Assembly: GCA_021613535.1 (NCBI GenBank)
Contig: CP075497.1
Location: 1,426,001-1,490,000 of the forward strand
Length of the DNA stretch: 64,000 nucleotides
Reading direction: 5' to 3'
From: Adineta vaga
Taxonomy: Eukaryota > Animalia > Rotifera
The translations under genes were made by a program, and so were the position numbers. Under the pieces are notes generated by a model. That model saw only the letters and a program-made list of their open reading frames with translations, did no database searches and was not told the DNA's origin. Positions 1-9,435 of the stretch are shown piece after piece (position 1 is the first letter of the stretch; every line of letters starts with the position of its first letter).

Positions 1-1023
1 TAAGTAAATATATACCAAATAGAAGTCGTTTTCATCCAAGACAAATAGTTGGCGTTACGTGTACACAAAATGTATTGAAACGAGAATATGAATACATGAT
101 CAATCTCAATTGCTATGTGAGTATAATTATATATGTATATATCTGCTCGATTTCAGTTTAATAATAATATTATTTTTCTTTCGTTTCAGTTTGATCATCT
201 CCCACAGACTTTTCATGTATGGTACACTTTACCATGGGCTTTTGATCAATTTTTTACATTGAAAAAGTCAAATCAATACATAACTAAAGTAGAAACATGT
301 GCTCCATCACAATGCAATTCATCCATGATTTATACATCTCAACTTCGTACACTTGATATATCTCAAAATAAATCATTACCGTCAATTGTTTCAATGCCGC
401 ATGTTGTTCAATTCAATCGTATTAATACAGTTCATTTGTCATTTCATGATTGACCTTCTGGTTTACATCTTTCAAATCTTCATCATATTACATTAACAAA
501 TAATCTTACTGCATTAAAAACCGTCTCCTTATTTCCACGTACTATTCGTTCAATCCAACTAATATTTCATGCTCGTATGCCAAACTTTGTTTGTACTGAT
601 TGGTCTGTTCTTCCTTCACTTTCGTCTTTATCAAAACTCACTTCATTACGAATCATTTTCCACGATATGAATATAAGTTTTGATGAAAATATTTGTCAAA
701 TTATCGCTGAAACAGCATCAATACTTGTTCATTTTGACATTTGTTTTCGACGACAGTCCGATGTAATAACAGAACCTGATGATTTTAATCCACCTAATGT
801 AGTAGAACCTTTCATTTGGGATATGTATAATATAGAACCTGATCTTGTTATTGGAGAGGACGGTAATCTTGGTGTTGGTGCTTTACGTTTTCAGAAATCA
901 ATCATTATGAATTATCAAAAATCTATCGAAGAAATACACCGTCGCATTGTAAGTTTATCATTTTGTGTTAAACTGCTCATTGTTGTAGAAGAAGGAAAGT
1001 GTGGATTGACTGTTTGGTTCTAA
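1..1023 (+). pseudogene. 3' part of an LRR/F-box-associated-like hypothetical gene interrupted by an in-frame TGA
   Basis: ORFs 133-453 and 577-1023 are in the same frame, separated by one TGA (451-453) and 41 open codons. LRR-like phrases are present (LRTLDISQN, LSSLSKLTSLRI). A probable intron lies at ~117-190. The gene is cut by the window edge. Confidence 0.5.
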
Positions 1024-2418
1024 TTTTGTCATAATAAATAAATGATACAAATGAATTCTGTAAAATTTTCAAATAGATGATTTATTGAGGAACATATAAT
1101 GGAGATAGGAATGAATAGATAGAATAAATTAACAACTTTTTGTTTTTATTTTTCTTATTTATAAAATATTAGATTACGAAATATATCAAACTCCAATAAG
1201 TTAATTTTTCTTAACTGAATTATTTATTTTGTTGGTCAGTCATTTGTTGATAAATACGTGGAAGAATCTTTTAATTCGATTTCTTTGTCTGTTCAAGTTA
1301 TGTTTGAACTTTTTTTCCAATAAACTCAAATGATTTCCGATTGGTTTATTCTGAAAAGAAAAAAAACGAAAGAAATTTTTTAAAATTGAATACAAATTGC
1401 AATCATAGTATCAATAACTGTTTGATAATTGATTTAGTTCATTCGATGATCCATGAAATAAAAAACTTCACTTTTATTTTCTTCAGGACGATTTTCAAGT
1501 TTAAGATATTCTAAATGAATATTTACCAAATGAACAAATCTATTCAGAAAAAAAGATGAAAACAGATATTATCTCTTACTCTTTTTTTAAGATCTACAAA
1601 ATTGATTTTAACTGTTAAAACATCTTCATAACTATTATCAATCACCTACATTCGTTTCATATCGATTTGTATGTGTTATAAATGTGTAGGATAAGACATG
1701 GACAGTTTCAAGAATATGATAATATAGAGTTTCCTGTAGTTGATTTCACATGTTTGTAGGAAACGAAACTCATGTATTTTGATTCAGTAAGATTTTCTAA
1801 TCGAAGTTCTTTCTCAAACTGCTCCATAGCAGAGATTCGAGTAAACTCAATTTAACCTTACAAATCTTTCCGTTCTCATGCGAGAAATTTAGTTGATCTT
1901 TATTCTTTGATTTCGCAATGCTGAGAAATGATGATATTTTTTTTCATTAATAGAAAAGTGTTGCTCTGGTAGATCAGTGTTGCCACCGATCCACACGATT
2001 TCGTCATCGCAACTTGTATTTTTCCGTAACGATATTTACCTCTTGGTAAGTTGTAATAAGCAATTTGTCCAGATGAGGTGTGGAGCAAGATGTTTTTGTT
2101 GTCCCTACATCTATTATTTTGGAAGAAGCAAACGAAAAGTGCAAAGTGTAGAGACATAGTAGATGTCGTGTTCCACACGTCGTGAAGACAAATTGCTTAT
2201 TAAAACTTACCAAGAGGTAAATATTCTTACGGATTTTTGAATTAAAAAAACAAACAGAAAATTTTTTCAAATTTAAATAAAAAGAAACAAAGAAGATATC
2301 TGTGAAACGAGTGATTGTAGCGTGATTCTTGTCAGCTCATTCTGTGCTCTATTTCAATTTATTCTTCTATTATATACTTTCATTAACCTTTCCTTACCTT
2401 TGGTTACGAAATTTTATA

Positions 2419-3615
2419 ATGTCGTTTCACCAATTGATACGGGAAGCAGTTTTGCTTACATTGATTAAAGGTAGCGATCGAATCGATCGCACAGGAATGA
2501 TTAATGCTCTCGGTCAGATTATTCCAGTGTCAGATATTGACTCGTTTGGAAATCTCGGAAATTTCTCTGAATGGTACGTCATCTTTAAAACAACCAATGC
2601 AAGAGAAATTATTCTTAAAAGTAATGAATTTAAAGTGGGTGATCAAACATTTATGATTAGCGAACCATACAAACATGTCAAAATTATTAGATTACTTAAT
2701 GTTCCACCAGCTATTTCAGACGACGATATTCGATCAATTGCTTCAAAATGGGGAGGTTTAGTTCTTAATGTTGATGTAGAAAAACTGCCACAACCTTTTG
2801 AAACAATCAAAACATTCGTACGTCGCATACGTATTCGTTTTTTTACACGTCAAGACGAAGAAAAAGTACCTATTAGTATTCGTTATAATGGTTACACGTT
2901 CTCAGTCAATCTTGAAGGTCGTCAAAAAGTTTGTTATAGATGCAAACAAGCTGGTCATATCAAAGCGGAATGTAAAGTTTTAAAATGTCATAAATGCTTT
3001 ACACTTGGACATGATGATCCATTATGCCAACAGAATAAATCATATGCAGCTGCAGTTAGTGAAGCGTCAGTCAACATTTTTTCTACAAACTCACCAGATG
3101 TTCAAGGTAATACGGATGTTGAATCCACTCCAGTTGGACAGGTAGTTAAAACAACAACGGCTTCACAAAAGCGGAAAAAAAAAGTTTGTCCTCGTTGTCA
3201 GCAACCCGGTCACAAACCCAAAGATTGCTCTTTTCAGCAAAATCTTAATATTCAACCTGGAAAAGAAGATACAAATAATCATATTATTTCCATCGAAGAA
3301 GTCCAACAAACAACAACAACTTTAACAAATACAAAAGCTGGACCAGAAAATGAAGACAATGTAATACTTGATCCACAACAGTCCACATTATTAGAGGATC
3401 AAAATGAAAAAGCTGTGGTTGCTACAATAGCCACATCATTACAAGAACGTATAATGTATCAAGCATACAAGAACTCAACAAGTGATTTTAAACGAACATG
3501 TGCAGATCGAAGCATCGATTCGGATCTTGAAGTAGACCCAAAGAAAGCTCACACATACGACTCTTCAACCTCTGTCATGGACGAGCAGGAGGAGGGAGAA
3601 GTTAACGACCAATAA
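2419..3615 (+). CDS. LINE ORF1, gag-like nucleic-acid-binding protein with three CCHC zinc knuckles
   Basis: Knuckles CYRCKQAGHIKAEC, CHKCFTLGHDDPLC and CPRCQQPGHKPKDC. The first ATG is at 2419 (the ORF track starts upstream at a TTG). Confidence 0.9.
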   Translation: MSFHQLIREAVLLTLIKGSDRIDRTGMINALGQIIPVSDIDSFGNLGNFSEWYVIFKTTNAREIILKSNEFKVGDQTFMISEPYKHVKIIRLLNVPPAISDDDIRSIASKWGGLVLNVDVEKLPQPFETIKTFVRRIRIRFFTRQDEEKVPISIRYNGYTFSVNLEGRQKVCYRCKQAGHIKAECKVLKCHKCFTLGHDDPLCQQNKSYAAAVSEASVNIFSTNSPDVQGNTDVESTPVGQVVKTTTASQKRKKKVCPRCQQPGHKPKDCSFQQNLNIQPGKEDTNNHIISIEEVQQTTTTLTNTKAGPENEDNVILDPQQSTLLEDQNEKAVVATIATSLQERIMYQAYKNSTSDFKRTCADRSIDSDLEVDPKKAHTYDSSTSVMDEQEEGEVNDQ

Positions 3616-3781
3616 CTCTCCTTCTCACAAGTACAAAATTACACAAAAGCTTCAAAATAAATATATATACACATGTATTTATAATATTCAAAAAAAAAAA
3701 ATTAATTAATTAAAAATTTAAAAAAAAAGAAAAAAAAATTTAAACTATAAAATTCTTATTGATTAAACAATTACGTCAAAC

Positions 3782-6700
3782 ATGATTACAATTTTCTCAT
3801 TTAACATCCGTGGCATTGTAACGGTTAATAAACAATCATTATTTCGAGAATGGCTCAAAGTTAATCCGCATGATATTGTTCTTCTACAAGAATTACATAT
3901 TACGTCGAAACAACAATTAGATGTCTTCAAACAATCATTTACTGATTATGCTATTTTCTGTAGTCTCGGAACGTGGTCAGCCGGTGGTGTAATGGTCATG
4001 ATAAAACACAAATTACTCATTATTGATTCTGGTGTAGATCATAGTGGACGAATAGCCTTCGCCAAAATTATAATCAACAATTGTCCTATTACATTAGCTA
4101 GCGTTTATGCACCAACACAAGTAAATGAAAGGTGTGATTTTTTCAAAGATCTTCATTTATATATTCCAACATCTCGGTGGATGGTGATTGGAGGTGATTT
4201 TAATTGTATTGCTGATCCAACAAAAGATCGTCTTCGCCAAGAAGGTCGAAATGATCAACGATCTTATTCAACTCTCGATAGTGAATTTCTACAACCATTA
4301 TCCTTGATCGAACTATATCGCTCAAAACACCCTCGTTCAATCATATACTCTTACCACAATGAATCCAGAAACATACACAGCCGCATCGACTTTTTCTTTG
4401 GAACGAAGGTTATACGCAAAAACATCTTGCATATTACTTATACACCCGTTGGCATTTCAGATCATGATGGAATGTCACTTCATTTATCATCACCTCCAAC
4501 AACAACAACAGAATACCATAGATGGATATGTAATGGCGAAGTGATTAAAAGACCAAGTTTTCTACCTCGTTTTCAAAAAATATGGGAAGTACTCAAAAAG
4601 TCTTCGAATTTTGAAGATCTTGCCTGGTGGTCAGATTTAAAAACTAGTTTAATTTTGCTCTTACAAGATGAACAAAAACAAATGGTCGCTGAATCACGAA
4701 ATGGTATTAAATGTCTTCAAGAACGTTATCGCATACTTGCAACGAATGCTTCAGCCAACAATTTAAAGGAGATGGATAAAATTCGTGATACCATCCACGA
4801 CACTTTGGTCAAAAAAGTAATGGCAAATAATCATGGACACGGTGATAAAACAACTCAAGAACTTGGAGAAATTGCTCGTTCACGATTATCAAATACACGT
4901 GCAAATCAGTCTGTTATCCACTTTCTCAACCATCCAGTGAAAGGACGTGTAGAGGAAATTGACGACATGCTCGAAGTTGCCACACTTTTTTATCATGAAT
5001 TGTATAAAGAGAAACCTATCAATATGTCATCATGGAGTGAATTGTTCGCTGATTTACCAAAATTAAGTGAAGAAGATCGTGAATTATTAGATCGAGAAAT
5101 ATCAGTATCGGAATGCTTTAATGCACTTCGTGCTATTCCTGATCAAAGATCGCCAGGTGATGATGGAATTACTGCTGAGGTGTGGCGATTGATTTTCCCT
5201 ACCATTGGCAGCCATTACATTCAAATGATTAACACTGCTAAAACAAAAGGTCAATTCCATCCTAAATTTCTTCAAGCATTGTTAACTCTCCTCAAGAAAA
5301 AGAACAAATCCGACGGGTCGATGAAAGATTTTCGACCTATCTCCCTGATGAACATCGATTACAAGATATTATCAAAGGTACTTAGTACACGTCTACGAAA
5401 GGTGATTGCCAACATCATTCATCCTGACCAAACATGTTCAGTTCCTGGCCGGTCAATACAGGACAATGTCATTTTAATCAGATCAATCATTGAATACCAA
5501 AGACGAATTCGTGATCCGATTGGGATAGTTTTATGGGATCAGGAGAAAGCTTTTGATAGGATTAACCATCAATATTTAGTAGGAGTATTAAATGCTTTTG
5601 GTTTTACTTCCAATATCATCAATTGGATAAAACTTCTCTATGGCAACGGATCCTTTAGAATCAAATTAAACAATTACATCTCTACGTCGATTGTTTTTAG
5701 TTCGGGCGTCAGGCAGGGTTGCAGCCTATCAGGCTTATTATTTATTATTTGTCTCGAACCACTTCTAAATCGTATACGATTAAATCAATCAATTCCTGGT
5801 GCCTTTCTACCTGGAAGTCAGTTTAAAGCTATTCGCCAAATTATTTTTCCAATTAATGACAATATACTCAACACGGAACAAGTTAAAATCAAAACCATAG
5901 CTTACGCCGATGATATCAACACACTTGTACGAAACCGCGATGAAGAAAGATCAACAATGGACATGTTTGATTTATATAGTCAAGCATCAGGAGCAAAAGT
6001 CAACAGCTCCAAAACCGAAATACTATGGATATCAGATTGGCTGACTCCACCATATTTTGAAGCCAAAATTAATTGCGAATGGTGTATCTTTCTGGGTATT
6101 CCAATGGATACAAAAGGACAACTGCCACCACTCGAATTGGAAAAGAAAGTAAATAGTATCAAACAACAGATTGGATATTGGTCCTCAATTAACCTTTCTC
6201 TAAATGAACGAGTAACGGTGTTGAAAGTTTTTATTTTGAGTCAATTGATATATTGGTTATCACTCTCAGTTATTCCGAAGAAAGTGGTGGCAAAGCTGCA
6301 AAGTATGTTTGTGAAGTTCTTCTGGTCTTCTTTGGGTCCTAGAATTCATTTAAGAACAATTATCGGTCATAAACATGATGGAGGTTATAGTTTACCGCAC
6401 CTTCAAGCAATGATCGAAGCACTTCGAATTAAATGTGGTTCTCAACTGATCAATCCATCGCATTCGGCTCCATGGAAATTTTATGCTTTAATAGAAACAG
6501 GTTTTCAATTACGACAATATGCCCCACGTCTTTGGTCAAACCTGATACCTCACATCGAGAAAGGCGATTCCTTCTTCCATGAAGTTGCATCAAATACTGC
6601 AAAGTGGCTGAAAGCAGGTGGAAGTCTAAATTTACAACAAAATCAACCATCCTTTTACTGGCAAATAGTTAACCGATTTTACTTTCGTCATCCTGTTTCT

Positions 6701-7195
6701 GTAAGTAGAGTTCCACATTTAAAAAATATCAATTTTTTCCGATTGCTGAGAGAAAGCTTGCCCAGTTATACACTGGACTTTTGGATGATCTTAGCCAATT
6801 ATGGAATTCATACTCGATCACGTACCGGCCACAACGAAAATACAAGAAAATGCCTTTTATGCAACGAAGTCGAAACTCCATCTCATCTTTTCACGAAATG
6901 CTCCGCGTTAAACAAGCTCTTTGATTGTCTCAACGACAGATTAGGATCAATCTGTGGTAATAAAATTAGTAAAACAACAATCGATATTATATACCTCAAA
7001 GAAATCAATCAGTTATCGACCATTCGTCAAATACGGAAGAATATCGTTTTTATGATCGGCAACTATTTATTTTCCATATGGAAATATCGAAATATCGCAA
7101 AACATCAATGCAGTCGAAATTTTGAATTAGATCCATCCATGGCAACCCGACTCTTCTTAACAACCATCAAACGGTTACCTTTTGATGTTGGTTAG
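3782..7195 (+). CDS. LINE ORF2: APE endonuclease + reverse transcriptase + C-terminal CCHC finger
   Basis: APE motifs NIRG, LQE, GGDFN, SRID and SDH. RT motifs PGDDG, FRPISLMN, DQEKAFD, GVRQGCSLS and YADD. C-terminal CLLC...HLFTKC. Confidence 0.96.
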   Translation: MITIFSFNIRGIVTVNKQSLFREWLKVNPHDIVLLQELHITSKQQLDVFKQSFTDYAIFCSLGTWSAGGVMVMIKHKLLIIDSGVDHSGRIAFAKIIINNCPITLASVYAPTQVNERCDFFKDLHLYIPTSRWMVIGGDFNCIADPTKDRLRQEGRNDQRSYSTLDSEFLQPLSLIELYRSKHPRSIIYSYHNESRNIHSRIDFFFGTKVIRKNILHITYTPVGISDHDGMSLHLSSPPTTTTEYHRWICNGEVIKRPSFLPRFQKIWEVLKKSSNFEDLAWWSDLKTSLILLLQDEQKQMVAESRNGIKCLQERYRILATNASANNLKEMDKIRDTIHDTLVKKVMANNHGHGDKTTQELGEIARSRLSNTRANQSVIHFLNHPVKGRVEEIDDMLEVATLFYHELYKEKPINMSSWSELFADLPKLSEEDRELLDREISVSECFNALRAIPDQRSPGDDGITAEVWRLIFPTIGSHYIQMINTAKTKGQFHPKFLQALLTLLKKKNKSDGSMKDFRPISLMNIDYKILSKVLSTRLRKVIANIIHPDQTCSVPGRSIQDNVILIRSIIEYQRRIRDPIGIVLWDQEKAFDRINHQYLVGVLNAFGFTSNIINWIKLLYGNGSFRIKLNNYISTSIVFSSGVRQGCSLSGLLFIICLEPLLNRIRLNQSIPGAFLPGSQFKAIRQIIFPINDNILNTEQVKIKTIAYADDINTLVRNRDEERSTMDMFDLYSQASGAKVNSSKTEILWISDWLTPPYFEAKINCEWCIFLGIPMDTKGQLPPLELEKKVNSIKQQIGYWSSINLSLNERVTVLKVFILSQLIYWLSLSVIPKKVVAKLQSMFVKFFWSSLGPRIHLRTIIGHKHDGGYSLPHLQAMIEALRIKCGSQLINPSHSAPWKFYALIETGFQLRQYAPRLWSNLIPHIEKGDSFFHEVASNTAKWLKAGGSLNLQQNQPSFYWQIVNRFYFRHPVSVSRVPHLKNINFFRLLRESLPSYTLDFWMILANYGIHTRSRTGHNENTRKCLLCNEVETPSHLFTKCSALNKLFDCLNDRLGSICGNKISKTTIDIIYLKEINQLSTIRQIRKNIVFMIGNYLFSIWKYRNIAKHQCSRNFELDPSMATRLFLTTIKRLPFDVG

Positions 7196-8373
7196 TCTAG
7201 TCATTACACTAACATACTTGTTTTTTCAAGTTTAATTTAGTTGTTTTTTGTCATGGATGAAAATAAATAAATCTAGAGGAAAAAAAAAAAAAAAAAATCC
7301 TTGCGGATAAAATACATGTTGCGATGACGAAATCGTGCGGATCGGTGGCAACACTGATCTGCCAGAGCGACACTTTCATCTAAAATTAAATTGACATCTA
7401 TTCAAATGGAATCTTGTGGGTGTGGGAGATTACACACGTTGGTTGCAAGACTCCTCATGTGAAGTCAGAAACTTCAATATATTTTCTGAAGAAATGGATC
7501 AAATATATAATCAATAATAAATAACTCTCTTTATATGCAAAAAAAAGACATCAGCTGTCTTCGTATTTTGCTGTATTGTTTGAAGTTCAGATAGGTAAAA
7601 TCAAAACTTTCTTTCTAATGAATTTTGATCACTCATGTAGAACTTTGAAGTTATTTTTCGTTATATATCGATAAGTTTAGTCAATTATATGATATCGTTA
7701 GAACTTGATTAAACATTTAGTTTTTGAAAGAGTAAGTTGATGCTGAAACATGCTCATTTTTCAGATCATGAAAGATACGAACAAAAAGTTTTACATTCTA
7801 GTTTCTTCGTTGATTATGATTCAAATTTGATTGATCTGAGTATCACAAAGAATAATATAACAAAGATATTCAATAAATAATTTCATTAATAATTGTCGAT
7901 ATGAAATATAAAGAAATTCTTTAACGTTTGGGAAAAAAATCTCCATCTCTGAAAAATTTTCATATGAGAGCAGTGATAAAAATGAATACTTGCTTTTGAA
8001 AAAGATTAAACTCATCTTCTTGAAACTTATTTATTGATCGAAAAATATTTGTATAAATTTCAATATATCTTTGAAAGATGAACTTTTCAATCAATATAGA
8101 TCATCTAAAATTTCGAATATTTAGAGAATCAAAATTACATCTGACTGTGAAACAATAATTGAAATTGTATTAGTATATTTAAATACATGATTAAATCAGC
8201 GTTTGAGAAGGAAGAAAACACACGATAATCACCTATAATATAATAAAATTATTATCGATCATTAATTTCAACGTAGAAAATAATATATTGTGCTTTTTTG
8301 TCTTTTGGAAAATTCATGTGTTCAAAAAGAAAAGAAAAAATTTTATCATAAAAACTTATATATTTTATGCTTA

Positions 8374-8760
8374 ATACAGTATATAATCTTGTATCGCGTT
8401 TATCTCAGCCATTTCGAGTTTAAATAGGAAACCAAAATAGCGTTTTGTAGAGCGAAGTCTGCTCTACAAAACCTGCGTTGGCTCACCTCTGCAGAATGTA
8501 GCTGTTTTGCATAGTATTGATGAACTTTTTTACTACTAAACTACTAATTTAGTAGTAAAAGGGTTGGTCGAAAATTTCTTACGTAGTCTATCTTGTAGAG
8601 CTCTTCGAAAGATTTTGGCTATATCATGGAAAAAATTGACCGATAGGGAAAACTTTTTTACCAAAATGATCACCAAAAAAAGCTCTACAAAACCCATTAT
8701 GAAAAAGCAAAATTTGAAAATCTTGTGTTTTTGTGGTTGACTACTCGTGGAACTACCCAT
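8374..8760. repeat. Probable non-autonomous DNA transposon remnant with internal palindromes
   Basis: Perfect 12-bp stem gttttgtagagc/gctctacaaaac (8442-8472) and a second palindrome tttactactaaa...tttagtagtaaa (~8529-8560). The motif gctctacaaaa recurs near 8682. Termini were not resolved. Confidence 0.4.
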
Positions 8761-9036
8761 ATATCAATGAAAAAACATTGCATAACAACGTAATAGTTGA
8801 ACATTCTGTTATTTTGTAAAAAAAATGTGCATTATGGAAGTAAGAGTATTCACTGATATTTTTTGAACTGTCTCCAATCAAATTAAAATCATTTTTTCGT
8901 TTTTCTTCATAGCAAGAAAGATCGGCGTCAAGCACAATCAATGGACAATTCTTAAACAAACATAACAACAATTGGCAGTGTAAGCATGCATGTACAACTC
9001 GAAAAGACGTTTCGTGTATTAAACTTTTAAAATTTA

Positions 9037-9280
9037 GGGTGGGCGTGGGTGAGGGTGTTGAAAGGCAAAGAGCAAAGGGGTAGGTTGAAAAGTTTAAAAC
9101 TTGAAGCTTTGACTTCTTGATAAATAAGTTTAGAACTCGAATAAGAAGTTTAATACTCGGATCGAGTTAACGATTTCTACACTACTCTTTTATTTTAGAT
9201 ATAATCTCTTCTAATTTCTATTTCTATTCATTAATTTGTTTTCCTTTTCTTTTTTGTATTAAACACTCACACCCACACCC
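9037..9280. mobile_element. MITE-like element with telomere-like (TGTGGG/TGAGGG) inverted ends and a possible TTA target duplication
   Basis: tta|gggtgggcgtgggtgagggtgttg ... aacactcacacccacaccc|tta. Positions 9041-9077 match 54641-54677 at 35/37. Confidence 0.55.
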
Positions 9281-9435
9281 TTATTTCGTTCAGTAGCTGA
9301 ATCTCATCTTGCTACATGTGCTAATATAATACCACATGTTCGTTCTATTTATGAATGGTAAATTTTGAAAATGTTAATTCTATCAACAGACAAAGAAGGA
9401 GTTATAATTAAAAAGAATATCGCGGTAAAGAGAAA

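Larger units (their letters stand above)
2235..7297 (+). mobile_element. Apparently full-length non-LTR retrotransposon, L1/Tx1-like
   Basis: Two intact intronless ORFs, overlapping AATAAA signals at 7262-7271 and an A18 tail at 7280-7297. An imperfect 12-bp flanking duplication (attcttacggat 2223-2234 / atccttgcggat 7297-7308) is present. GC is higher than in the host genes. Confidence 0.93.
1954..7377. mobile_element. Foldback/MITE-like element with ~155-bp imperfect inverted arms; the right arm is split by the LINE
   Basis: The left arm 1954-2109 is reverse-complementary to 2147-2234 plus 7298-7377. Example: agatcagtgttgccaccgatcc at 1971-1992 versus ggatcggtggcaacactgatct at 7339-7360. 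The central spacer is ~37 bp. Confidence 0.85.

Noticed and set aside
451-453. Selenocysteine codon or alternative genetic code
   Set aside because: There is no redox motif or visible SECIS, and TGA acts as a normal stop in arfaptin.
1900-2270. Small ORFs 1900-2178, 1977-2159 and 2004-2270
   Set aside because: They are by-products of the foldback: opposite strands give near-identical peptides (DIYLLVSCNKQFV and NIYLLVSFNKQFV).
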